From Chlamydiota bacterium (GTDB taxonomy: Bacteria > Auribacterota > JACPWU01), in contig JACPWU010000039.1 in the NCBI GenBank assembly GCA_016196885.1, positions 30,001-62,000 on the forward strand: 32,000 nt of DNA, written 5' to 3'. Below the pieces are notes generated by a model, which was not told the DNA's origin, searched no databases, and saw nothing but the letters and a program-made list of their open reading frames with translations. Made by a program: the position numbers and the translations under genes. This document shows, piece after piece, positions 12,401 through 16,467 of the stretch (position 1 is the first letter of the stretch; every line of letters starts with the position of its first letter).

Positions 12401-15115
12401 TGCATGGAAATGTTCGCTGACGGTGATGACAATTTAAGATCCACTGTGTATTTTTTCGACGAAAGCCTGGAATCAGTGGTTTCTTTGATCCCCAATGGTC
12501 CATCATTTAAAGCTCTCATTTTCAAGCTTATTGAACTCTCTGATGCGATCTTTCGTTCGCCCTGGCATAGTACTGGCCAAAACCGAAGGGCGTATTGGGA
12601 ATTTTTCCTTGAGATGATGAATGTTTTAAAAAAGCGAAATGTCCTCCAGGATGATGGCATGCTTATGGAATTTCTGGATGCGGTGATTGCGGTGATTCAT
12701 CAGGAAGAAGGGGCCGGGCTTCTGGCTTTTGATTTTTTTGGAGAAGGGGTGTGCGAAAGGGAGTCAGAGAATTTTCTGAGAGATGGGAGGCAATTCACTG
12801 AATTTTTCCAGCCTTGGAGCGCTGCTTTAAGTCAGTTGCCTCGAGGGGTCGAAGGGGACGATGAGTCCGAACGTGTTACGGGTGCCGTTTGGAATTTGGG
12901 TCCTGGGCCACTTTTGGAGCGAGGTCCGGTGGCCCTTGGAAGATTATGTTCTGCGACTGGAAAACTGGGTGATGAAAAATACGAGCGATTCCATGCCTTC
13001 TCAACCATTGAGGGTTTGTGGAGGGATGGAATGGATGAATATTTGGGTGAGGTGGTTGAATATTTTGAGTTACTGAAAGACGAATTGGAGGGGGATGTTG
13101 GAGTGCAATGCGCCATGCTTTTTCAGAAGTTAAGTCACTCAGCGGCTAGATTTGGAAAAGGGAGAGAGGTTTTTGAATCGCTTGCTCGTTTGCGAGAGCG
13201 TGAGAGTCGTCAGAGTTGTGTAGATTTTGTCATCGATCTTGTGCAGAGTCGGGAGACTTTTGGCCATCGAATTGCGTTGTATCTTCCCGGGCTCGCCCGT
13301 TTATGGCAATCGGAAGGTTTTGCACTGTTTCAGGAGGAAGAAGCAGAGAAAGAAAGAGGACATTATTTCGATGCAGTTGTCTGGCCTGTGATTCAAAAAA
13401 TGGGATCTAAGAGGTTGTTGCAATATTACTGGGAAGATTTGGTTGAGGCAAGTTGTGCCTCATTCCCGCGAACAGGCTTTTCGGAGAGCTCTGAGGCCTT
13501 GATTGATTTGAACGGGATTCTAGGTCGTGAATTGGACGAACATTGGCCCATTTTTATGAAGATGGCAAGGGCGGGAAACGCCTCTATTGAGGAATTTATC
13601 GTTGCCATGGCTGATGGCTTTGAGCTCTGGAGAAAGAGGAAAAAAGATTTGCTTGAGGTGCTTAAAAAACTTTATTCTCGTAGGGGTTCGCAACAAGCTG
13701 CTGTGATCGACCCTGTTATCGAGATTGTGAGCTGGGCAAAGGGTCATCCCTCTGATGCAAATCATGTGTTGAATCACCTAAAAGATATCGCCGACGAAAG
13801 CGGCCCCGACGCGATTGTAGGGGATTTAGAGGTGTTTTTGGCGAGGTTTCAGAATCCGGGTGAGGAGGATGATGCCGACCCCTATGCTTTTGCTGGACTG
13901 TCATCAGGTTCAATGGGACCGCTTTTGCTTTCTCCTCTTGGGACATTGTCTTCTGGAATTGCTGCCCCTACCGGTACTTTGGAAGGTGCTTTGACTTTGT
14001 GGATTCATTCTGAATTTAAAGGAGATGCGGAGCTTCGGGCTTATATTGGGCGAGGTTCTGCGGCCCAGGTTCTTGAAGCATTGGGATCGGCTCTTGAAAT
14101 ATATTTTGGAAGATTGAGCATCCATCTGGATCGACAGAACGAGATTTTAGGTCGATTGGCCAGTTTAGTGGCTCAAGCGCATCAAGGTGGGAAAGAATCG
14201 GACCCTCTCGCTCAACTGATTGAAGAATTTTTGGGGATGAAGGCGGCTGAACGGGGTCGCCTCGAAAGTCAGATCAGTTCTCGTTTTAGCGAGACAGGGA
14301 GTGTGACATGGTCTTTGGAACAAGACAGTTGGACTTTTAGAGAAGGGGATGAAAATCTTTCGTGGACAGATCAGGACACGGAATTTGTAAATCAGCTCAA
14401 TGAATCAAACACAGACCTTCGCGAGCTTCACTTTGTAGGACGTGAAGGTTTTAGAAATGCTCTGGGCCAATTGGCCATCAGAAGGAGGGTGATAGAAACG
14501 GATGTGTCTTTGATACAGGGGGTAGAAGCAACACTTTCTGAGGATAAAAGTCTGCAATACATCATTATTGATATAGACCTTTTAGTAGACCAGGACGGTC
14601 TTGAGCTTCGTCAAATTCTTCAAAAAATTCCAGAAGGGGTTCGTGTCATTATTTTAGGATCTGAAAATTCATCGGATCAGCGCAAAATCCTTCAAACCCG
14701 ATGGGGGATTGAGACAAATTCAAAACTTCAAGTGATTCAAGTTCCTCATCAAGAAAATAGAGGCCTAGCGGCCCTTCAGCTAATGTCAGGTGCTGTTCAA
14801 CCTTCCCAGATTCGTTTTCTAGGATGGACCGAAAACCAAAAAGAATACGGGATTGAGGCCTTGAGTCAGCGGGGAATTTCTGTTGTTCTTGGCAATAAGT
14901 CCGTGACCTTAGCTCAAATGCTTTGTGCGGCTGACACGCCAGAAAAATATCGAGCGCTGATGGAAAAACTTGAGATTTCCAAGGACGAAATTAATCTGAT
15001 GATGGCTACAATAGAGGAGGGGCATCAGGTTCTTTCACCTCCGGGCATGCGGCGTCTTTTGAATAGCCTTGATGACCTTAGGCAGTCCGAGCAAGAACGT
15101 TTGAGATCGATGTAA
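2..15115 (+). CDS. Giant multi-AAA+ (MoxR/AAA_5, dynein/midasin-like) ATPase fused to an HExxH metallopeptidase-like domain, a VWA/MIDAS domain and a ~1,700-aa C-terminal extension; 5'-truncated by the window edge
   Basis: Uninterrupted ORF from the window edge to TAA at 15113-15115 (5,037 codons, no start in the window). It has six Walker A/Walker B pairs, HESMH at 8252-8266 and MIDAS DASES at 9401-9415. Overlapping and antisense track ORFs are short and look like shadows. Confidence 0.92.
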   Translation: MRIVAEISSLAREGTGELLQEVLELYREMMGDELKDFNQLLTLLKTFIRMVNFHHDFETLVNEGRIGKRNNETYYVSLRDLSKVKEMVQAEFEAGVPLRVAARRAIQRRYYNRFLREDRSLIEKLMRRHGLLDVDEKLDYDYVFEGLEPESRNIKVYEQKKGRMVQRKGEVEEVRTGEKVPLLNIQLEKNFEGLRRDEVLNASTRRGLAQLLSALGGPAKKFFNPVFLFGITSGGKSTLARIAAKMLGVGYTRIQITAQTDEFELFGSFQPYEINISPQDAYERIQDGLARGEFIKLEEALSRLEFGEEGKLFQKLLEGHEDWAEKYHGLQGEARLKYQREILEIYLKTKVGDYLRRTAAILYKTQEGHVVSAEELAFVEVFKSLAMLMDQKMGLRFVDGRFLTAYRKGDLILLDEANLANEEMVGVLYQMLTRGYLEYQGRLIELAPGATPRVVATGNPSTDSGRNRMSEAFMNRFEIIQVEDMNPDEMADLIVDQLAVDGVNLEQDLGMTREQLIQFAEIQRSLNNLLRTGKFSNMGQEENYVFTLRNLLRIVGDVRERKAAGHPVNIETWIQEAYLEYQGILVRRDCYTPDPSGNSDYRSLRNVFSVALGYKREGKTPEETLDTLIQERFGKIEGADDAVQHRMELDGLSLEAGHSEEEVLVDELIEVESTKFIETYIAKGIRQRQAVLFVGQSGGGKTDVIANVARKTNRKYVSVSLGDATLESLIGTVEYDRREKRFKYRPGILVMAMEEGSILALEELNMAKSGILEILNEYFDEGTFTNPFTLEKVKVHPDFRLFATMNPMEGTRGANEGRTLLSPALRSRFREVWVPHEKTDDEIRTILKGKFEQLLPVEKSSTSEVTRLPENPIIPLPRWEGLGEGELKSTPSLTLPTRGRELLGQPVPGGDEDPLIENMLSFYRRYQGDFEEIRDESYYTSLRDLSRMVRVMVLHVKEHGMTLEEALPKAIHRIYGLRMTTPQAKEKYQKILSDLNIPQYQPGQIIFERDENFLHVYEVSTKSLNSPNPLNGVTPQAPLNLRGGIDGVTPQAPLNLRGGIDERGEDDKTLIAQLRIDDLQSQTASQVRSELISQGVGEDELDSRASEALDTLLSSSQLVQDPKTVAELSHLLEAFDVGEERHAKGRFNPVLFMGGTSGGKSSKVRYAALNLLGQGYTRIQFNERTDEIDLLGGYEPREVKMDFDEAYLVLTEAMKNGEWIKIKKALQVWKKGSLSSADDKAFEEEEARLGIVQANQEAMVFVQKLLQDAFKEGSNMDPELREQAHHKIINMAFLIKNGVLNVELEFKEGRFLKALRRGDVVLLDEMNLASEEIVAILYQFLLTGYLEYYDRGQGKIAKIFPGKGFKLAATANPDTYSGRNRLSEALMNRFEIHYIEDMAPSEMAEIVNRENGFEGERQTAVEKLSQFQSLLNQKMREGEFSGISSDPQGGYIFTLRNLKRIVKDERMLEEMGETSSFRELILREAFLEYSSVLGRSPENLAKLQALFKDSTEGFGIDVELPNFEFSKNADGVLSIGSIKLEEVRDEPVEEDLVEPLAAGPQTNRIRYQIAKGFLDRRRPMLVVGQSGVGKSDVIGDMARELKWKYRSVSLGNTSLEALVGTYTIDRNTKKLVYVPGILIQAMREGSILALEEINMASPALIEILNEFFDEETFTNPMTGEKESIHPRFRLFATMNPEQGLTGLNGGRNALSPSLRSRFNEVWFPENRSPEEMKAIIRQKMINRGVLEKMDFAVDEIYHVYDEYFKAVLSQKIGEDSNEGYFISPRDIAKIIDVLAVDLKNGIEPAKALQHAFERVLIYRLHSEKDRVYVQSQILKQTKKDPYTWEESETGSVVKCEGVTLGTISPEMLGDFILTDQSKTAVARILDALRTVPENAKRRFNPLMLIGDTSVGKSTMAELATRISAKPLTRIQMNQRTDESDLFGSFHPVEVTLDNTQAYEVVTEALQKKQILRIRQALEYLKISKKRITGSLGLEGDVNLDDSVLERYVQEILLKGFKEGDARSSQIFRDLAILLANGGTGIDLEFKKGLFLQAMRRGEAVLLDELNLASEDALALLYQLLTLGYIEFQGERIYPAEGFQLIVSLNPSLGYTGRNPLSEAFMDRFEIHHVREMKPEEMAFIIHQKYKLESHGISYDDVLKLAQMQTQIDHLSREGGFDFFNTDRSYRFALRNLERIAEDFIARVSLKLSENQTIPLPRGEGLGEGEVKSTPSLTLPARGRELFGKPDGGVREIFLEEAFTEYGTLLDQTDRNIRKLVGRNISKDLFQGLEAAVIPSLWAFLIKGKHIDPNGRLLEFESLNKEGDIIISPKPGEETRVPKRVIYHLLKNSLGLFNQYFNWEGMGQYAEKFEHTQEILRLNGVEVLKKPSDTETLANLIEPQTQLRSTALTRTQVLKGFRDGKVVEIGDAQGQVKHAHRSRPVLIVGQSGGGKSDMVGDIARELHWKYTSVSLGAATVDSLIGSYELDEVTGVLRFREGVLIKAMREGYCIVLEEINMADAAVIEILNEYFDRGTFTLQERRVQVDIHLDFRLFASMNPIQGKMAQNSGRVGLSPALRSRFREVWLRSERTRGEEYRIMLGGIKKFVGQLLKAGTQDIGEVQESLGEVIENLREGVGTQGTHQMMRNNSGVLSSSTSAQAAVSVSTMKMATPVAGGGSGASGGVTQTEDLEGKKKTYVETFVVVSEGNVHLAESTPDERGQTHWAYAPATNTLYYPPDELATTPIDEMVGVGIHESMHRYGTRYLSIFEEFLEENKLAGMIFNILEDGRIENWARLRLTGTASYLRKLNDNKIFNKPIAEMFAWEVEIREGPLAGQKIKRSYSSMVQDFFLYLAKRGSDSDAKEKIAEILDIMGQESQELRQDLETLMNKGVFGGAKDEDMLQKKMRGVFSLVPIKTDGQGRILFDRDPTEEYKDELAEEQGVIIREEMMPIVYKWAVQDVQEGRGKGEGQGQPGKEGEGDGTPGTGKVKPGKPGGGGKPISPKDWKKIWESLNPEDKRALEKALKEGLGDKAADRTKSNSKDFQEAQKDATLSAPISERDRLLKQVGNRIHELTGYLREIILNATRPKWKQPERRGRFIARLLLNAIPRGAVGKMLFFAKREIPTKKNVTFTLVIDASESMDDMQRMDSAVGYNALKGAFIMMETLENLGIDFNVRWIGDTTGLYKRFKNQPNPEGENIPNSFSTRMDREKIIQSMYESIGQKGGTNDALAIQETIKDIERYGAENHYVTVFTDGMGTIPQVQEILQKVRENKGRIGRSKTEFIGVGLGNATKIVPDVYGKEYSIHLKDHELRELPVRIKRLMERLINRIYREDTTRKAPSPLSGTSMSGASVDGMIGQGNAIVEFLEELNSSRFKSSKDQRLEQEFADVLDGHEVYVFDALIKGPHDFVLGYRDKVNKRLYVSREVLHRLEGRPNVLREYLFHEAHCDPDVEGSHYQTIAEQQRLYPENYIGMGYFRNEEGVLLYYARNPYLNEMLGFLWEMIHPLEKWFPFLARLSPKIAKGVLGKVLRSVIEEELKNEAPRKYPYKYRSFSQAKSSYEKEHGKIPEICLNRMEMLPSYRKRIKQFGFEDMLLLLPNSPARMPELLRLLECLEKVFGEDVPLFWPDFMRLVSGSRDREGLDWNPGLLEGLLDSFDVRLPSYYSRQERKRWFQEAVDLNLRAGAYAFDFWERAMRFNVLGLALDQRQLQEVGNIVLSANEKLGSMRDKDFFSIVGSWGEAFKSIDQLREAVQKIVAVMSPSYIHDSEAADIASISRESSGFAVVWKLWSRVQESEREVLISMVTKIWRLNIQTPSTKARILEHFQSIADESGPDAIVGDLEALLERLKKPVGDDEGDVYELATPLTVLTQGGYLPSTSFSQGGYIAQGTEAKAEFLENLAAGRYEFCRRKDFEEGFKKILEGYEVYVVPAIIKGPDDFFLGTKDFTQRRIYVTAEVLGILCQWYRDPKDCRRLISEYFWHEVHEEPSPERHESLIQEQQVKFKQNYTGKGYKKGSGYLIDPQKQGKVAKGELGDALCHLITKTLQGGQTPKDFVKDAFKAYRAIYGKEVDLDQWDNVEGALIPNLDLWVEIFGVKRLLEYNALFNKGFLSEDYFEMLTGLSFSYASGDPFKMLECMEMFADGDDNLRSTVYFFDESLESVVSLIPNGPSFKALIFKLIELSDAIFRSPWHSTGQNRRAYWEFFLEMMNVLKKRNVLQDDGMLMEFLDAVIAVIHQEEGAGLLAFDFFGEGVCERESENFLRDGRQFTEFFQPWSAALSQLPRGVEGDDESERVTGAVWNLGPGPLLERGPVALGRLCSATGKLGDEKYERFHAFSTIEGLWRDGMDEYLGEVVEYFELLKDELEGDVGVQCAMLFQKLSHSAARFGKGREVFESLARLRERESRQSCVDFVIDLVQSRETFGHRIALYLPGLARLWQSEGFALFQEEEAEKERGHYFDAVVWPVIQKMGSKRLLQYYWEDLVEASCASFPRTGFSESSEALIDLNGILGRELDEHWPIFMKMARAGNASIEEFIVAMADGFELWRKRKKDLLEVLKKLYSRRGSQQAAVIDPVIEIVSWAKGHPSDANHVLNHLKDIADESGPDAIVGDLEVFLARFQNPGEEDDADPYAFAGLSSGSMGPLLLSPLGTLSSGIAAPTGTLEGALTLWIHSEFKGDAELRAYIGRGSAAQVLEALGSALEIYFGRLSIHLDRQNEILGRLASLVAQAHQGGKESDPLAQLIEEFLGMKAAERGRLESQISSRFSETGSVTWSLEQDSWTFREGDENLSWTDQDTEFVNQLNESNTDLRELHFVGREGFRNALGQLAIRRRVIETDVSLIQGVEATLSEDKSLQYIIIDIDLLVDQDGLELRQILQKIPEGVRVIILGSENSSDQRKILQTRWGIETNSKLQVIQVPHQENRGLAALQLMSGAVQPSQIRFLGWTENQKEYGIEALSQRGISVVLGNKSVTLAQMLCAADTPEKYRALMEKLEISKDEINLMMATIEEGHQVLSPPGMRRLLNSLDDLRQSEQERLRSM
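614..1765 (+). other. AAA+ module A1 (AAA_5/MoxR-like, with large insert)
   Basis: Walker A GITSGGKST at 689-715 and Walker B LILLDE at 1232-1249. ATGNP is sensor-1-like, followed by GRNRMSEAFMNRF. An insert of roughly 130 aa, predicted helical, lies between FGSFQPYEI and FVDGRFLTAY. Lid motif is YVFTLRNLLRIV. Confidence 0.85.
2024..2940 (+). other. AAA+ module B1 (AAA_5/MoxR-like, compact) plus lid
   Basis: Walker A GQSGGGKT at 2084-2107 and Walker B variant ILALEE at 2273-2290. Also FATMNP, SPALRSRF and the lid motif YYTSLRDL. The lid is interrupted by the repeat element at 2621-2709. Confidence 0.85.
2621..2709 (+). repeat. G/C-tract palindromic repeat element, copy 1, inserted in-frame in the giant CDS
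   Basis: 89 nt, with 5 mismatches to 6638-6726. The flanks are non-homologous (B1 lid versus A3 lid). Internal hairpins are CCCCTCCC-tcgat-GGGAGGGG, a long G-arm/C-arm pair, and CTCCCC-acaa-GGGGGAG. It is translated as IPLPRWEGLGEGELKSTPSLTLPTRGREL. Confidence 0.9.
3095..3184 (+). repeat. Perfect 2 x 45-nt tandem duplication, in-frame in the giant CDS
   Basis: ggagtaactccccaggcccctcttaacctaagagggggtattgat occurs at 3095-3139 and again at 3140-3184, encoding GVTPQAPLNLRGGID twice. Each unit contains the hairpin CCCCTCTTA-acc-TAAGAGGGG. Confidence 0.95.
3371..4490 (+). other. AAA+ module A2
   Basis: Walker A GGTSGGKSS at 3461-3487 and Walker B VVLLDE at 3959-3976. Also ATANP, GRNRLSEALMNRF and the lid motif YIFTLRNLKRIV. 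The insert is homologous to the A1 insert (begins DFDEAYLVLTEAM). Confidence 0.85.
4690..5475 (+). other. AAA+ module B2 plus lid
   Basis: Walker A GQSGVGKS at 4751-4774 and Walker B variant ILALEE at 4940-4957. Also FATMNP, SPSLRSRF and the lid motif YFISPRDIAKII. Confidence 0.85.
5630..6800 (+). other. AAA+ module A3
   Basis: Walker A GDTSVGKST at 5717-5743 and Walker B AVLLDE at 6176-6193. Also SLNPS, GRNPLSEAFMDRF and the lid motif YRFALRNLERIA. The lid loop is interrupted by the repeat element at 6638-6726. Confidence 0.85.
6638..6726 (+). repeat. G/C-tract palindromic repeat element, copy 2, inserted in-frame in the giant CDS
   Basis: The offset from copy 1 is 4,017 nt, a multiple of 3, so the reading frame is the same. 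It is translated as IPLPRGEGLGEGEVKSTPSLTLPARGREL. Paralogous modules A1 and A2 have only a short loop at this position. Confidence 0.9.
7210..7765 (+). other. AAA+ module B3
   Basis: Walker A GQSGGGKS at 7331-7354 and Walker B variant CIVLEE at 7520-7537. Also FASMNP and SPALRSRFREVW. Confidence 0.85.
8070..8400 (+). other. HExxH metallopeptidase-like domain (resembles the DUF2201_N-type domain found N-terminal to VWA in MoxR partner proteins)
   Basis: HESMH is at 8252-8266, preceded by TNTLYYPPDEL...PIDEMVGVGI and followed about 25 aa later by NILEDGRIENW. From memory, this pattern matches the putative metallopeptidase domain that accompanies VWA-like domains next to MoxR ATPases. Confidence 0.55.
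8875..9000 (+). other. Low-complexity G/K/E/P-rich linker
   Basis: Translated sequence is EGRGKGEGQGQPGKEGEGDGTPGTGKVKPGKPGGGGKP. Confidence 0.8.
9371..9990 (+). other. von Willebrand factor A (VWA) domain with MIDAS motif
   Basis: TFTLVIDASESMDD carries DxSxS at 9401-9415. GGTND places Thr at 9671-9673 and VFTDG places Asp at 9755-9757. The beta-alpha alternation is typical of VWA. Confidence 0.85.
10073..10426 (+). other. C-terminal repeated domain, copy 1 (H-E-x-H-x8-H motif)
   Basis: GHEVYVFDALIKGPHDFVLGYRD...RLYVSREVL...EYLFHEAHCDPDVEGSH (motif at 10325-10363) aligns with copy 2. Confidence 0.6.
11660..12031 (+). other. C-terminal repeated domain, copy 2 (H-E-x-H-x7-H motif)
   Basis: GYEVYVVPAIIKGPDDFFLGTKD...RIYVTAEVL...EYFWHEVHEEPSPERH (motif at 11936-11971). 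Confidence 0.6.
14417..14749 (+). other. Possible divergent receiver (CheY-like)/flavodoxin-fold segment near the C-terminus
   Basis: YIIIDIDLLVDQDGLELRQILQKIPEGVRVIILGS resembles the beta3-alpha3-beta4 stretch of receiver domains. The upstream acidic pair and the beta5 Lys are not evident. Confidence 0.25.
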
Positions 15116-15119
15116 GCCA

Positions 15120-16406
15120 TTACCCTAAAACATGCCAAGGAACGGCAATGATTTTTTCACTCATTCGCACAATCTCATTCCCATTATAAATAAGAACGGC
15201 TGCTTGTGTTTCGGGGTATTCTTTCAGAAAAATTTGTAAATTTCTTGTATCGCTATACTGGGGGTTAGATGCGAGCTTGACCTCAAAGGCAATCAGATGA
15301 CGACCTTGCTCCAGAACAAAATCTACTTCTTTCCCATCCATAGTTCGCCAGTAAAACAGGCGAGGACGGGGCAGCAATAATTGGGATGTCACTTGAAGAT
15401 GTAAAAAAATTAAACTCTCAAACATAGCACCGATTTCTCTGGCTGCCTTTAAATCGTGAATGTCGCTGTAGCCGGCAAGATAAGCGCTGAGTGCGGGATC
15501 TATCCAATATATCTTGGGAGATTTCATCAAGCGCTTGGTCCGATTTCGGTGAAAGGCATTTACACGTGTGACGAGGCATGACGCCTCCAATAAATTGATA
15601 TAGCGATGAATGGTGGGCTGACTCATCGCGATGTCTCTGGCCAATGCAGATTGGTTCAATATATTTCCGGTCCTTAAGGCCAGGGCCTCCATCACGCGTC
15701 TAAAATCCGAGAGGGATTCAATTTGAGAAATTTGGCGTAAATCTCGTTCCAGATAAGTGGCGACATACCCTTCCCACCAGCGAACAATAGAATCTGGCCT
15801 CTTCAGGGTTAAAAGAGGAGGCATGAGGCCTTTGTGGATTTGTTCAATGGGGTCATGAGAGATATTGTTTTTGCCTTCATCAGGAAATTTTCCCCTGAAA
15901 ATATTTTTAATGAGTCCAGAGGGTATATGATTTTGGGTCTCACCCAGTGTCATGGGGTAGAGTGTAAAATAGACCGCTCGTCCCGCGAGCGTCTCACTCA
16001 CCTTTTCCATCAATAAGAGATTGGCTGAGCCTGAGAGAATAAAACGGTTTTTTCTCCCTCCCTCATCGACTTTTCTTTTGATGGCCAATAGGAGAGAAGG
16101 GACGCGTTGAACCTCGTCTAAAACCATATTTTCTTCACTAGATAGAAGCGCCATTGGATCTTTCTGAGCCTGGTTTAGTAGGTCATAATCATCAAAACTA
16201 AGGTAACGCCACTTAGAAAATGGCGCTTCTTTTTGCAAAAGGGTGCTCTTACCCACCTGGCGGGGTCCTGTGAGGATCACGACGGGATGATCTTTCACGG
16301 CGGTTTGTATCTCGGATGTTAGCCACCGGGGTTTGTAATATAATTCATGATCTGAATGAATATCATTCATACCTTGAATAGTATTACAAATGAGTCGATC
16401 GGTCAA
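15120..16406 (-). CDS. AAA_14/DUF4143-family ATPase (COG1373-like) with PD-(D/E)xK-like C-terminal motif
   Basis: 428-aa ORF with Walker A GPRQVGKST and Walker B MVLDEVQ. The C-terminal DGKEVDFVLE...IAFEVK is encoded at about 15276-15329. An alternative start at M13 (MNDIHSD, 16370) is possible. Confidence 0.85.
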   Translation of the reverse strand: MTDRLICNTIQGMNDIHSDHELYYKPRWLTSEIQTAVKDHPVVILTGPRQVGKSTLLQKEAPFSKWRYLSFDDYDLLNQAQKDPMALLSSEENMVLDEVQRVPSLLLAIKRKVDEGGRKNRFILSGSANLLLMEKVSETLAGRAVYFTLYPMTLGETQNHIPSGLIKNIFRGKFPDEGKNNISHDPIEQIHKGLMPPLLTLKRPDSIVRWWEGYVATYLERDLRQISQIESLSDFRRVMEALALRTGNILNQSALARDIAMSQPTIHRYINLLEASCLVTRVNAFHRNRTKRLMKSPKIYWIDPALSAYLAGYSDIHDLKAAREIGAMFESLIFLHLQVTSQLLLPRPRLFYWRTMDGKEVDFVLEQGRHLIAFEVKLASNPQYSDTRNLQIFLKEYPETQAAVLIYNGNEIVRMSEKIIAVPWHVLG

Positions 16407-16467
16407 GGTGTTAGGTTAGAAATTTGGTTAGAAATAGCCTTCTCTTCTAGAAGGTATTGTGTTTCTT

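Noticed and set aside
556-14125. About 35 short ORFs (60-126 aa) on the minus strand or in other + frames inside the giant gene
   Set aside because: All are embedded in a 15-kb ORF with strong domain content. They have low-complexity or odd composition, and several are simply the antisense reading of the repeat elements (for example 2506..2691 and 6505..6816). I treat them as shadow ORFs.
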